The notes below the pieces were generated by a model that saw only the letters and a program-made list of their open reading frames with translations, searched no databases and was not told the DNA's origin. A stretch of DNA of 63,685 bases, the filler included, from Kipferlia bialata (Eukaryota), in NCBI GenBank assembly GCA_003568945.1. It is 4 parts of 4 records of this genome, joined end to end, with 100 filler letters (N's around TTAATTAATTAA, not from the genome) between each part and the next. Parts side by side here need not be neighbours in the genome. Positions count along the whole stretch, not along the records: positions 22,841 to 45,580 come from BDIP01000281.1; positions 45,681 to 58,847 come from BDIP01000332.1; 2 more parts are not named here. One strand, given 5' to 3'. Shown piece by piece: positions 38,638-53,010 of this stretch. Each line of letters starts with the position of its first letter. Position 1 is the first letter of the stretch. The position numbers and the translations under genes were made by a program.

Positions 38638-39989
38638 ATGCCGCGCCCTATCACTATCGAGGACCTTCTAGGTGCCTACGACAAGGTGCTAGCCCTAGAG
38701 TCTACAGATACAGAGGGACTAGGCCGTATAAGACCAGTCCCTCTCACTCACAATGTGTGTTTTGACCTGGCGGGGAGGCGCTTCCTTGAGTTGGTGACTA
38801 CGAATGAAGGGCAGCAGAGACTCTCTGTAGCAGAGAGTGGGTACACACCTTGCCCCTTCCCACACAACATAGACAGTGGATGTGTGCACGAGGGTATCCT
38901 GTACCTGTACCTGAACAAGGGGTCTGTCAGGCTGTACCAACTGGACTCAGGTGGGGCCTCTATCGCGCTGTCATTGAGTCTATGACATAGGCCCTCATGC
39001 AGACAGACTCTATCTCTAATAGGCCGTATGACATGTGTGGGTCTGTAGACACTATTTGCAGTAGTGATATCTTCACTGTGCCAAGTGTACTGAGTATAAC
39101 CATATAACACCTCATCCCAGATATGTGGTCTGAGTTGACAGCGGACACCGTGCCGGCTCGCAAGGGCCCTGACGACTATGTACGTTTGCCCACCTGCATG
39201 TATGCTTGTCTTCAATACTCCTTATTTATCAACTCAATCGGCAGGTGTTCGCTTCCTGCGGCGGTCAGCTATACCTGCTACAACGACACCGCTCAGGTGT
39301 CAAGGTTCACATCATAGACACTGATCAGAACCCCCCGTGCTTCAGAAAGCCTGTGTCCCTGACACTAGACTCCAATGGTGGGTATCTCCCTCTGATCCTC
39401 GTGGAATATCTATGTGAATGTTATTATGTGTCGTATGTACTCTTTATCACACCCCTCTCTTAGAACAGAGTATACAATGGAGGACTTGTACACCGGAGAG
39501 CAGCTCTGCATTAGACTCAGGTCCATGAGGGATGAGGTGACGTTCAGCCACTCTGCGAGGACTGGGTGGGATAGAGACTCCTATCTGTCACTAACTGCCC
39601 CATACAGTTACTTCAAGGTGGTCATCAACCCCACCCCACCCTGCAGTGGCTCCACAGTCCTCAACCCTAGCATTCCGGTGCTTGAAAAGGGCCTGACAAC
39701 ATTTGACCTGGTCAGCAGGGAGAGGAGGGCCATTTCTCCCATGTCCTTAGACGTCACAGACATATGCAGAATGACGCCCTCCTCATTTCTCGTGGAGGTG
39801 TTGAGGTGTGTCACATACTATTTGTTAGCCTTTCCGCTTGTGTAAATACAATTCACTGAATACCCAGCCAGTTTCATACTCTTTTGACACAGGAACTACT
39901 ACCAAGACAAGGTCTGGTACTTGTGTCACATCAACCACGCACTCATTGAGAGGGAAGCAGGAGTACTCTCGAGAGAGGACTTCGTCTAG
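38638..39989 (+). CDS. Hypothetical beta-propeller-like protein (copy B)
   Basis: Mirror of 5592-6943. Confidence 0.55.
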
Positions 39990-41203
39990 AGAGGAGAGAG
40001 AGGGAGAGAGAGAGAATGGGGTCATAGGGTACGCAGACAGCAGACCGGCGAATACACACCTGACAATAACATATGACCCATTGAATAGATCTATGGCGTA
40101 CGTTGTTTGTTCCTAATATTCACCATATATGGATAGATATTCTTGTTACGGGTTACGGGTTCCCGGCAAACCCTGTCAGTGCCAAGAGTCTGCTTAACGT
40201 TTTTGCACTACACCCTTTGTGGTGGTCCTTGGTGTTATTGGTGGTCTCTTATACCCATCATACCGTGTTTACTAGGTTATCCAGGTGAGTCCAATAGGAA
40301 TCAGAACCCTGAATTGTGTCCTGGCTGCGTTGTGAGAAGGTATGGTGTGTCTCTGACTGAGGGGGGGGGGGGGGGGGGGGGGGGGGGTTTTTTTTCAGTT
40401 TTNNNNNNNNNNNNNNNNNNNNNNNNNNNNNNNNNNNNNNNNNNNNNNNNNNNNNNNNNNNNNNNNNNNNNNNNNNNNNNNNNNNNNNNNNNNNNNNNNN
40501 NNNNNNNNNNNNNNNNNNNNNNNNNNNNNNNNNNNNNNNNNNNNNNNNNNNNNNNNNNNNNNNNNNNNNNNNNNNNNNNNNNNNNNNNNNNNNNNNNNNN
40601 NNNNNNNNNNNNNNNNNNNNNNNNNNNNNNNNNNNNNNNNNNNNNNNNNNNNNNNNNNNNNNNNNNNNNNNNNNNNNNNNNNNNNNNNNNNNNNNNNNNN
40701 NNNNNNNNNNNNNNNNNNNNNNNNNNNNNNNNNNNNNNNNNNNNNNNNNNNNNNNNNNNNNNNNNNNNNNNNNNNNNNNNNNNNNNNNNNNNNNNNNNNN
40801 NNNNNNNNNNNNNNNNNNNNNNNNNNNNNNNNNNNNNNNNNNNNNNNNNNNNNNNNNNNNNNNNNNNNNNNNNNNNNNNNNNNNNNNNNNNNNNNNNNNN
40901 NNNNNNNNNNNNNNNNNNNNNNNNNNNNNNNNNNNNNNNNNNNNNNNNNNNNNNNNNNNNNNNNNNNNNNNNNNNNNNNNNNNNNNNNNNNNNNNNNNNN
41001 NNNNNNNNNNNNNNNNNNNNNNNNNNNNNNNNNNNNNNNNNNNNNNNNNNNNNNNNNNNNNNNNNNNNNNNNNNNNNNNNNNNNNNNTTTTCTTTTTCGG
41101 TTTTTCTCCCCCCCCCCCCCCCCCACTCTCCATTGTCTGATGTCTCATATTTGCTGGTCACATATCGGAATGTAGACGTTTCCGTCCTATATACCCACCC
41201 CAG

Positions 41204-42361
41204 CGAGACTGACCTTGATGAAGTGGTGCAGACCCCAGTGGTGTTCCTGAATGTGGCCAGGTGAATACAATGGAGAATAGTAACATTGAGATACACATAT
41301 GATACTGTCTGACTCTTGGTCTCTCTCACCTGCAGAGGCCTCTCAGCATCGACAGAAGATATCCACAAGGCATTTGGCGATGAAATGACCGAAGAGCAGT
41401 TGGTGAAGGTACAGTGAGGTTTCCTGTATGTATCGTATATTATATGCCCTAACAATCCCTCTCCCCCCAGCTGATTCTGTCGAGGGGAGATGCCCAGGTC
41501 ACAAACCAGGAGAGAAAGGCACTCATAGAGTCAAGGTGAGAGAAAGAGGGGGTATATAGTGAAGGGATGTACCATTGCCGTGGTCTGGATTTGTTACGCG
41601 TTGTCTACCGTTTTAGGAGGTCATTCATACCTATTCACATATCCGATGACTCTTCACGCCCTCACCCCCAGGATCCGCGAGGTCTCTACGCTTGTGTCCC
41701 AGCGCACTGTGAACCCTCTGCTCCAGCCCCCCGTGCCGTACCCCGTGCCTGTCATCAGACGGGCCATGACAGAGCTCCTGTCCTACAGGGTCAACTTCAG
41801 GTACACTTGGGAGAGGCTCTTTATGCAGGTAGTATATAATCCCCGTTCTCACCCCCTAGGCAGCCCGTGTCTGCCCAGGCTGCCTATGTGATCAAGAAGC
41901 TGAAGGACCTGGTGCCCCTAGAAGAGGTGGGTGGCACTAAAATGGATGAGTGCGTTTTGTACCCTTTTTATCACACTCATTTCTTCCCCCATGTCTTTGC
42001 CCCATACCCCAGGCCCAGATGCTGGTGTCTGTCGAGCTGCCCTCTGCCCAGATGCAGGGGTTCCTCGCAAGCCACAAGGACACAGTGGGTACGGGGTAGA
42101 TGTATACACACATGTCCCTCAGTCACTGTATGTCTCACCCCCAGAGGTCCTTGGCCGCCCCGCGCACTATGGCGACACCGCTGTGGTGCAGGTGCTGATA
42201 GAGCCGGGTCTGTTCAAGTCGATCAAGGACACGGTGGCAGCGGTCGGGAAGGTGCGTCGGGTTGACTTGGACTGTGTTATGATCCCTGAGATATACTGCC
42301 CTGTACTGACCTACAGGGACTGGGAACTGTCCAGCTACAGAAGACATTCACAAGTCGGTGA
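41204..42361 (+). CDS. SBDS: SBDS/SDO1, 5' part in gap (copy B)
   Basis: Mirror of 3220-4377; ends GK/GLGTVQLQKTFTSR*. Confidence 0.92.
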
Positions 42362-42902
42362 TACGGGCCTATACCTGTTTTCAGACATTACTACGGTATT
42401 TCTGTCACTGAACATACATTGTGTGTCTCGTGTCAGTTCGTGTTCGTTTTCGTGTTCGTTCTAACAGACGACCGGAGACGAGTTACAAGGAAGAGTTATA
42501 CTGTTCATCTTACGTCAAATGATTGTTCAGGGTTCGTTACAGGTTCAACATCCATAAAGTGTTGTATCGTAGGAATGCGTCACACAAAGTTGATTACATT
42601 TGCAGCTGACACCGCCAGCCTAATCAGGCTGGGCCCCTGGGTTGATTCTTTTCTACACCCTTTTGGACTTTTTGCAAAGTAAGGGTTTATTGTTTTACCT
42701 TGAGATCGATGTCATGCTTCTTGGCCTCACTCACCTCTTCAGTGGACAAACTGAGATGTTTTCGTTCAGGGTACGCAACAGTGTGTCTAGTGAGAGTTTT
42801 GTATTGTGTGTGTGTGGTGGGTGCTAGGTTCTGAGGTGTAGGGTCTGTTAGAGCTCGAATCGTTCATACTACTTTGGCCCTTGTTCACTTAACGTGCTTG
42901 GA

Positions 42903-44880
42903 ATGTTCTCTTCGTGACCCAACCCTAGTGATTATTTTAGGAGTGGTGTGTATATATCTCCGAACTCCTAGTATTTTGTGGTTCCACGCTGTATATGAGT
43001 AGTGTGTCGTTGTGTTGCCGCGTCCTGTCCTCTCTTCCTCTTCATCCATAGCCTCACCCCAGGGCACTGCATCTGACCAGGATGGTCGGTGGCAGACTGC
43101 CATGAAGAAGACAGAGAAGAGGGACAACCAGGTGCGTGGTGTTATTGGGAATTTTCCACGAGTGTGTGAATGCAGTGTTGACCCTCTTCTCTCTTTTCGC
43201 CATCTCACCCCAGACCCACCGGTATCCCTCCATCTTCTCAACCTCCGTGGACTTCAGCAAGGTATGGCCTACAGGGAGGGGATGAGTCACGCTGTTCACT
43301 TCTATTATATGCTTGATATGCCCCCCCCCCCTGTCCCCACCCCAGGTCAACATGGAGACGCTGTCCCACTGGGTGCAGCTGAGGATAGCTAGGGCCCTGG
43401 GGGAGGCGTCGGACATCATATCCATGACATGCGTCAACCACCTCAAGGAGCCAAGGCCAGACCCCAGGAGGTATGTGGCCATAAGATACTACACCCGTAT
43501 GTGTGTATATACTGCCTTACCCCAGGCTGTACCGCAACATGGAGCCCTTCCTGGCTGGTGAGACACGTAACTTCATGAAGAGGCTGTGGCAGGTATGGAG
43601 TGGTGACTGCGTTGTATCTGTCTAGACTCTCTCTTACTCTATCTTTCTGTCTCTCTCTCTCTCTCTCTCCACCGTTCTTCTTTCCACCTTACTCCAGGTG
43701 TGCATTGAGGCTTCCACATCCGAGGACGGCATTGGAGCCAGTATCGGAAAGGTATGGCATTGTCAATCTCTATATGTGGATATATACAAATGTATCATCC
43801 TCTCCACCTCTACCCCCTCTTGTGCCCACCCCCAGGACTGGCAGAAGAAGCTTGACCTGGAGAGGCAGAAGGCAAAGGAGGAGGCCGAGAGGAAGGAGGC
43901 GGAGAGGCAGGCATTCCTCGAGCAGAAGAGGATCGAGAGGGAGAGGGAGAGAGAGAGAGAGAGAGCCATCGAGGCTGAGAGGAGGGAGAGGATCCGCAGG
44001 GACAGGGAGATGGAGAGGGAGAGAGAGAGAGAGATGCGCAGCAGGAGGAGAGGCAGCCCCCCACCACGTGGCAGGTATAGTCACAATTCATCTTTCCATT
44101 GTGTGTGCACCCCCCCCCCCCACCATCCTCACTCCTAGGTACAGAAGCCCCAGCCCAGACAGGAGATTTGGGCGCAGAGGTGGTTCTCCTCCAAGGTATT
44201 GATTGAGTGGCATGGGATGCCCTTGTATGAGATTATGACCCCCCAATTTGACGCCTTCTTATGCCAGGGAGAGGTACGACAGAGACAGGAGGGGAGGCTC
44301 CTACAGGGAGAGAGACAGAGACTACGACAGGCGTGGCAGGGACAGGGAGAGAGAGGACAGGGACAGAGATGGCCCCAGGCCCCCTGCCAAGAGGCAGGAG
44401 AGGGAGAGAGAGGGCGAGAGGAGGCCCGAGGAGGGTGCCATCACACCAGAGGTATGGATATGCTGCATATATATATATATGCTGGCCCCAATCCTCGTAT
44501 AAACATTCACCCAGGCACCCGTTGAGTCCGACACCCGGGCCCCCTCCCCTCCCCCCGAGCCTGCTTCCCCCAGGGGATCCCCCCCTCCCCCCGAGGTGGA
44601 GGCCCCAGCCAGGAGTCCCCCTGCAGAGGTGGAGGCAGAGGTGCCACGCTCCCCAAGGCGCAAGAGAGAGGCAGACAGAGAGAGAGAGGAGGACGACAGG
44701 CGCGATGAGAGGGACACCCGTGGCCGCTCTCCCCGCCACTCCCCTCGCAGGCGTACCAGGAGCGAGGAGAGAGAGGAGAGGATGGAGAGGGAGGACCGCC
44801 TGAGGGCCAGGGAGCCCGAGGTGGAGCAGGAGAGAGAGGACTCCGAGTCCTTCGACCTCGACGACTCCGACGAGGAGTAA
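42903..44880 (+). CDS. SRRM1: SRRM1-like PWI/RS protein (copy B)
   Basis: Mirror of 701-2678. Confidence 0.85.
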
Positions 44881-45060
44881 GGGGGCATCTTGTAGTACAG
44901 ATAGAGCATTTTGCAGTGAGTGCTATCAATATGGGATGTAGGTCTATTAGTTGTTGTTACGTGTTGTTACCACGTTCATTTATTGTTGGATATATCGCAC
45001 CTGACGGAATCCCACAGCTGTTGGCCGGCCCAATGCAGTGACTTGTTTTGCGGTTTTTGC

Positions 45061-45085
45061 TTGACAAATTGACAAATTGACAAAA
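45061..45085 (+). promoter_or_regulatory. Candidate promoter element (TTGACAAA)x3
   Basis: Three tandem TTGACAAA about 100 nt upstream of ATG 45177 (mirror 497-521). Confidence 0.3.
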
Positions 45086-45176
45086 GGGTTCTTATTCTTG
45101 AACTTGAATTCTGGTTGGCAGTCTCTTCAGTTTGGAGTTCCTGTGTTCTTGTGTGCTCTGTGTTGCGTACATAGAT

Positions 45177-45422
45177 ATGTCTCAATCGTCTAGCGGTTGG
45201 GATGGGATGGTTCGCACCGTAGGGGCCCCTGCCCCTGCCCTGATGGGTGACCCTGCCGTCAAGAGGTGGGCAACACAGCCCCTCTCCCCATACCACTTCT
45301 CCCTCTCCCAGAGCCTCCGGGCCGCAAGGGGCGGGGGTGGGGAGCATGCTACTAGGGGGGATGGTACTGACGGGTCTGACGACGTGTGTCTCAATCTGAG
45401 CCGTGCCCTTGTAAAGCATGAG
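45177..45422 (+). CDS. First exon of a hypothetical protein (copy B)
   Basis: Mirror of 159-404. Confidence 0.5.
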
Positions 45423-45527
45423 GTGAGTCATTGATTCAGTGACTCTTCCTCCACATATTCACATATAGATATATATATATATATGCCTATGTTTATATGT
45501 CAGATTCCTTACATCTCTCTCGCAACT

Positions 45528-45579
<52 letters not shown>

Positions 45580-45580
45580 T

Positions 45581-45680
45581 NNNNNNNNNNNNNNNNNNNN
45601 NNNNNNNNNNNNNNNNNNNNNNNNTTAATTAATTAANNNNNNNNNNNNNNNNNNNNNNNNNNNNNNNNNNNNNNNNNNNN
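45581..45680. other. Artificial scaffold linker
   Basis: Same 100-nt linker, TTAATTAATTAA at 45625-45636. Confidence 0.98.
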
Positions 45681-45764
45681 TTTTGCCTCAAACATTCCTC
45701 CCCCCCCCCCCCCCCCCGCCCCGCCCCCCGTGTACCCTGAGTGTTCTGCAGGCACTGACCCCAG

Positions 45765-47016
45765 GTTGCTCTGAAGGAGAAGGAGCTGGCCCTGGCCACC
45801 TACAAGGCCAGACTGGCCCAGACCGAGGAGCACTCCGTGATGCTGGCTACGAAGCACAGGTGTGTATTTATATGTGTGGGTGTGGGTGTACTATATATAT
45901 TTGAATATCCCAGTACAGGTGCACTGTAACAGACTGATGGTCAGGGAGGAGGTTGAGCGTCTCGAGACCAAGGTCAACGTCATCACGCTCAGGAGCACGG
46001 GGGTCCAGAGGTATGGTATCAGTGAGAGGGCCACTGTATAGGTCACAGTGACTGCCCTGTGTATTATACATGTGTGTGTATAGATCTCTATGTCCCTATC
46101 CACAGTTGCATTTGTATATATGTGTGTCCCTCCTCACCCCTAGAGAGATGCAGGACTGGAGAGAGCGTCTGACCAGAAGGGAGGCCGCCCTGGTGAGTCT
46201 CTCTGTCTCTATAGCTCTCTCAGTCTGTCTCTTCTGATCTGCGGATGCACCTTGGAACTTATGTACATATGTCTTCCCCCTTCATTCATCCCAGGCCGAG
46301 CGCATGGCGTCCCTTGCTGACAAGGAGGTTGCTGTCAAGGAGGGGCAGAGAAGGTGGGGGTGACCAACGTGTGTGTTGCACTAGGCACTACATATATTTA
46401 CCCATGAGTATGTATAAGTACTGGCCAGTTCTCTTGTTTTAGAACCACAGTGTCGCTGATGTATACGCTCTGTGGCGCCTCTCACCCCAGGGTGGATGAG
46501 AGGTCTGACATCCTGCGCAGGGAGGAGGAGCGAGTGGCCAGGCAGCGAGAGAAGGTACACCCGTCCTGTTCGTAGTTTTGCATGCGTCTGTATTTGGAGT
46601 AGATTGACACACTCTTTCAGTCTCCTTTTAGTGTTTGTTCCTAACCACAAGGAGAGGGATGACGAGAGGGAGAGAGCCCTAGCTGATACGACACTTGGGC
46701 TCGAGAGAGAGAGGAACGTTCAGCGAGAGGAGAGAGAGAGAGAGGCTGCCAGAGCCGAGGAGAGACGTCTGGAGAGGGAGGAAGAGAAGGAGAGGCAGAG
46801 AGAGAGAGATCTAGAGCTAGAGGATGAGCTTGGCCTTGAGCGGGGTGGGCAGGTGTCGGAGAGGCAGCGCCAGATGGACATTTATGCCCAGGTACATCGG
46901 TGATATATCCATGTACACGTATATGCTGCAATAGTAGTTTCCATCGTCTATATCTGGCAATACCTCACCCCCAGGCTGAGGCCACCATGCGTCAGCACCT
47001 GTCTAGGGGGATATAG
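45765..47016 (+). CDS. 3' exons of a coiled-coil (E/R-rich) protein
   Basis: VALKEKELALATYKARLAQTEE...REEVERLETKVN...ERERNVQREERERE...AEATMRQHLSRGI*. Confidence 0.65.
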
Positions 47017-48394
47017 ACAGGTGTATAGGATTGTATGAATGAATGGACGGGACCACAGCACCCTTCGTATGTCTCTGTATTGCAATACGGACTCCTCGGA
47101 TACTGAGCAAGTCTGTAAGAGACTTCACATGTAACAAATAGACAACTAGCAATACCGGTAAGGTGTCATTTGATACTGTGGTGTGTTACAGAGGGCAGTA
47201 CACTCTGTAGAGTACCGTAACACTCAGAGTACCGTATGGAATCAATATACAATACCTCAGTATCCTTCAGAGTAAGTGAATCAGTCAGACAGATGCTTCC
47301 TCTTTATGCACATATATTCCGTGACCATCGTCTTCGGCAGACTCTGGCACATAAGTTGAGTCTGAGCAGCACTCGAAGTCTTGAGTATCATGACTCATGA
47401 TTCATGAGACCCAGCCATAGACTCTAAGTCTTGGAGTGACACAGTCTCAGCCTGAGGTGGGACTCACATATCTTCTACTCATATTCAGCCCATGATGGGC
47501 CCCATCTATTCCCTGACAGACAACTGCTCTTTAGTCAAATAGTGCTGGTCCGAGAATGCGGGGGTTTGCACAGTTTAATAGTGAAGAATATACATTTGTA
47601 GTATCAGACATACGGTGAGAGAAGCCCATTCTGTTGGTGTTTGTGGATGGAATACACAGGAATTTCCGTAATACGCCGTCAGATTCCTCCTTGATCCGGT
47701 ATACTTAGGAGACATAGGTAAGTTTCCGGGTTTTACGGTAAAATTTACCATGCCTGGTGTATTCTACAAGCTCTTCATGTGTTTTGTATCCATCGTGGAA
47801 CGATTCAAAACAGGCACTTCATACTGCCAGGTCTATATAGTGAAAGTATATAGCGAAATTCCGTCCAGCGCCAGGGCATTGGAGTTCATGTTTATATATC
47901 GGACTACATCATACAACTGCCATCACAATCGGAGTAGTGGAACTGTCAAGGTGTGGCCGGTGGCTCAATGTTACAATGTAACTTACAAACATTCGATGAA
48001 TATGCCATTATTATTCTACTTGCGGTTATGGAAGTGCTTGATTCGGACATAACAGGAACAATTGCGTAAATAGCTTGTAGCTATCAGCTTCGTTGACAAG
48101 AATCTAGTCACTACACATTTAGATACATATATATATACATATTTGAAATCGGAGATATCTGTCTTCATTATATCGATGATGCTGCTACATAGATCTAAGT
48201 AGACTATGTAGACAGGATAGTTATATCACACGCTATATAGATACACACAACAGTTAGTGTCATGTTCGCATTGGTCAAAATTACTCTATGGGCGAAATCT
48301 ATCCCACCAACTCATATATAACGCATTTCTATTGAAGTCTGTAAAGTGGCAATCGCTTGCTATTAGCGACAGCTTGATATTGAATGGTCACTGG

Positions 48395-50748
48395 TCACTT
48401 ATGCCTCATTCCCAGCTGCCAATCGAGATCCAGCCTGTGCATCTCAGCCGACAGCAGGGGGACCTCTGCTATCCGGGCCAGCACTGCGGCATGGCTCTCT
48501 GGGTAGACCACGGCCATCAGAGAGAACACCCTGACGACGGCGGAGAGGGCACTGGGACCCCCGTACCTGCAGAGATCGGCCAGGGGAGAGAAGACGAGGC
48601 GCCCAAACTTGCCTGGGTCAGAGGATGTTGCAGAGAATAGGAATAGGTATGAAGAGACAGAATGAGTATAGTGCAGCTGGAACACCACTCCGACCCACCC
48701 ATGTCTCTCTCGATGGCAATGAATGTGGCTGAGGGCAGTGAACCAAAGAACTTGGCGGTGAGGGCACACAGCCTGGCGGAGGCCTGATCCTCAAGTTGGC
48801 ACTCGGGACAAGACCGACTGGCCAACCTGGGAGTGGGGGGAGAGCAATATACATATATATATACTGCACACGGCATACAATACACTACACACTACATATA
48901 TCATACCACACTCTACACACTACATGCTACACAGTAGGACAGAGAGCATTGGCACCAGACCACAGACATTAGCATGTACGCGAGTAACCTATATACACAT
49001 ACATACATATTAATATATATACATATATATGCTTTAATGGCCCACTCCCTACCTGACTCTCTGGACCCAGGACAGCAGCCCATAGAGGACATCCAGCAAG
49101 GCTACATCACCAGACAGTGCTTCAGGCCTGAAACATGAGAGTCCAAGACACAATAGAGCATATCTATAAATATGAATAATAGAGTCAAGTACATATGGAC
49201 ACACCTGGGAATGTCGCATGGTTTCCCTAGCCCCCTCCGTCTGATGAAGCTCTGCCTCCCCAGCAGCTGCCCTGCGTGGCCCAGCACCAGCTCTGCAGCG
49301 GACAGGGCGTCTCTGGAGAGAGGAGGTGGGGGCACAGGGGCGTCTGGGTCCGTGGACAGGACGCTGGCAGGAGAGGCAGGGCGGATGGCATCGGCCAGGG
49401 CCTTACAGGCAGGGGCCAGCATGCACCCAAACGCCACAGGGTTTCCTGGTATTATATGATGTTGTCATCAGAGTGAGGGAAAACCATAAAACACTGTTCA
49501 GAACCCACCGCAGCCACTAGCCCCTGCCCATTGGTACACGATATACATAGACTCGGTGTGTATGTACTTGGTCCACCAACGCTATGGCATGCATACCTAC
49601 AGACTTGATCATGATGCTCCACAGAGAAGTCAGGTCTGGGTAGCAGATACACAGCTCAGCGAGGGTGAGGGAGAGAGCACGTGACTGACATGAGACACTG
49701 AACGGGAGCTGACAAGAGACATCACCCAACATCACCAAAGAGAACAGAATATACACACAGTGAGTCACACACACAGGCATGACAAGGGATCTCACCTGAG
49801 TGTTGGCGACAGCGACCTTCTTGGAGCCGTCAGAGTACTTCTTGAGGAGTTGCAGCGACACGGAGTGTCTGATCAGGTCTCTCTCTGCCTTTGAGAGATC
49901 ACTCCTGAGGTCTCTCTGCCGCTGGGCCTCTCTCTCCTTTCTGGCCAGCCTCTCCTGCTGCGCCTCCCTCTCCAGCCTCTCGGCCTCCTCCCTCAGGTAC
50001 AGCTGGTGCCTCAGCTGGGCAGCCTCTCTCGCGGCCTTGTTGCGCCCCTTCTTCTTCTCTCCACTGGACCCCCTCACTCTCTTGGGGGTAGGCCCGAGCA
50101 TATGGAACCTGGGTCAGGGTGTGTGTAGAAGCTAAGGAGGTGTATAGACCACCACATTGAGATACAGATGGATAGAGGGTGAGGCCCCGACCTGTTGATG
50201 CTGTCCCCCGTGTCCATGGCATGGCCCATGGCAGGGGACATCGGGGGCGAGGGGTACGGGGTGTCCACATGGGCCAGCCGCTGGGCCTCCCTCCGCCTCT
50301 CCCCGTCCTCGTCCCTCAGCATCCCTGCCCTGGCAACGGCAAGGGCAATCAGCACTGCAGACAGCTCATTGTGCGCATAGGGATAGGCGGCATTGGCTAC
50401 CAAGCCAAGCAGAGCCCTCCTGCCCATAAGGTATTATGAAATATGCATGACATAAGGTATTATGAAATATGCATGACATAGGGTATACTTCAGGTATGTT
50501 ACAAGAAAGTGGGCACAGAAACACACGTCACACCCCTTCTCTGTGACACCGGTAAATACACGTATACACTTCATCCTACCTGTCTACATTAGCCAGGGCT
50601 GCTAGGGCCTCTACACTGGAGTCTGCATCCATACCCAGTCTCTCTCTCTCTGCCTCTCTCTCCTTGCCTCTCAGCCTGACAGCATGGGGCACACACTCTG
50701 TCAACGCCACACAGGCCAGCTCCAGCAGCTCACCCTTGTCCTTCTGGG

Positions 50749-50793
<45 letters not shown>

Positions 50794-51867
50794 AGGGGAG
50801 AGAGAGAGGATACGGAGGACACTTCTTCTAACTGAGTGCATTACATCTGACCAATGTAAAGGATGAGCAGTATAATATACACATCTGGTCTGACCTGAAT
50901 CTCGACCGGGTTCAGTTCTGATATGATTCCACAGATGGATGCTACCAGTCCCGTGGAAAGGGGCTCCACCTAACAATGAGGACACACTAACACACATGGG
51001 AGAGAGAACAATCGGGTTTCGTTAGAACAACCGAAGGGACAACATGGATTAGTAGACGATATCTGCTACCTTTCTGGACACTGCGCTACTGTTCTTGAGA
51101 TTGACACCCAGTCTGGCCTGGGTGGATGCATTGTGGGTGGTGCCTGAGTCAGTGGAGGTATATCAGTATACATATATATCTCAGATACACTCTGTTGTAT
51201 TGTGAGTAGTGCCTCGGGTTGGGCAATAAATGACAATAAATGACAGATCTATCCCCATAGATGTACAGTGCACAGGTGTAGAGATGTATGGTTAGTGTCC
51301 CACAACACGATAGATGGCACTCACCCTGTAGACTCTGCTGGCCGGTGATCTGTCTACGTAGGAGGGAGTGGATACCCCACGCATCTGCCCTACCTCCCCA
51401 GGCCACGCCCAGGTGGTAGCCCTGAGAGTAAGAGAATATACACAGAGTATACTATAGAGTATACCCACAGTGTATCCATGCCGTGCCTCCTCTGTCTGTG
51501 CCCTGACTGTAGACAGGTCAGCGTCCACCCCCGTGGTGTCAGCTCTGTTGAGTGCTGCAGGAGCACTCTCCCCCTCTGCCTCTCTCTCTCTCTCCCCCTC
51601 TGCCTCTGCCTCTGCACCCTCAACCCCTGTCTTGGCAGCCTCGTTGCTGCACCGAAGCAGGGCAATGAGAGCCTTTAGGAGAGCGAGCCTAGGGTAAGAA
51701 AGGGGAGACAAAGAGTCAGTAGAGAATATGTGTACATCCACCATACATATGTATATACATACTTCTGGCACGTATCTGCCCCTGTTGATGTTGATGTGTC
51801 ATGTGCAGTGGGAGAGAGAGTGGCCACGATGCCACGAGGCAGTGCGAAACACATGGAGCTAAATACG

Positions 51868-51898
<31 letters not shown>

Positions 51899-52720
51899 CT
51901 AGCACACACATATATATGCATATAATACACATACATACACACATATATGGGAGGCCTACCTCTGCTTCCTCTCCTTGCTCTTGGGCTCTGCCTGGGCAAT
52001 GGCAACCTGGGGTCAGCGGCACATAGGGGTGTGTGTGTACACCCCTTGCGTAGGTATACATGTACCCACATACCTTAATGGGGCCAATGAGAGACCCTAT
52101 GTAGGGGACACAGTGCACGGCAAAGGTGGGATTGGCCAGAAGCCTAGGGATCAGGTTTAGGACCTCCTTCACATCGTCCACCTCGTTGCCTGGGATGGGA
52201 TGCACATATGTGTTCGTATATATATAGGTCTATATTTCCAATGGACAATAGTGGACAGTCATTATTAGAGACATGGAAACACAAATAGAGAATGCATCAT
52301 ACATACCTAGCGCTGCTGCCACTCCTGGACAGATGACACCTGCAAGGCCTCTAAGGAGACCTGAAAGTAAGGATACAGAGATATTTAGTATCAGTACCGA
52401 GTCAATATCGGGATTCAAAAGCGCTGAATACATCCACTATGAATACTCATCCCTTCTGGGGAACACCAGGGCAGCAATAGCACACCCACACATATCTGTA
52501 GGTAAAAACATACACAACACATACCCTTGTGGCACAGAAACCCCAGTGTCTCAGCAGCCGCTGTTCTCGGCTGGACGATAAGGAGACACATAGAAGAGAG
52601 TGGAACGCCACCACTACATTACACTAACTCCCGTGCATACCTGGCTCATTAGCATTATCAGTATCAGTACATACCTGGCTCTCCCAATCACGCATCAGGG
52701 CCAGGAGACAGGGGGCAACC
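48395..52720 (-). CDS. Large HEAT-repeat-like protein, multi-exon, 5' truncated at gap
   Basis: PCLLALMRDWESQ/PRTAAAETLGFLCHK HEAT-like motif; Leu/Ala-rich helical exons plus a coiled-coil exon; ends DWQLGMRHK*. Confidence 0.6.
50425..50485. repeat. Intronic 26-nt tandem repeat x2.3
   Basis: CATAAGGTATTATGAAATATGCATGA repeated. Confidence 0.85.
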
Positions 52721-53010
52721 CTAGACCCTCATATCAGACACATGGGGGGGGGGGGGGGGGGGGGGGGGAGGGAGAGGGAGNNNNNNNNNNNNNNNNNNNN
52801 NNNNNNNNNNNNNNNNNNNNNNNNNNNNNNNNNNNNNNNNNNNNNNNNNNNNNNNNNNNNNNNNNNNNNNNNNNNNNNNNNNNNNNNNNNNNNNNNNNNN
52901 NNNNNNNNNNNNNNNNNNNNNNNNNNNNNNNNNNNNNNNNNNNNNNNNNNNNNNNNNNNTCTCCTTTTTTTTTTTTTTACCCCCCCCCCCCCCCCCCCCC
53001 TGACCCCCAG

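Larger units (their letters stand above)
22841..45580. repeat. Scaffold B; reverse-complement duplicate of scaffold A except 29850-34222
   Basis: Mirror of 1-22740; unique middle contig 30061-33312. Confidence 0.97.

Noticed and set aside
42714..42730. U2 snRNA 5' end similarity (ATGCTTCTTGGCCT)
   Set aside because: No following branch-point recognition sequence GTGTAGTA or other U2 features
1..45580. 45-kb biological palindrome, hairpin chromosome or giant TIR element
   Set aside because: The centre is an artificial linker, and the arms share identical length and N-gap size, as expected for one scaffold output twice
47100..48390. Degenerate transposon or gene in the AT-richer spacer (ORF 47750-48052)
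   Set aside because: No recognisable domain, terminal repeats or consistent splice structure
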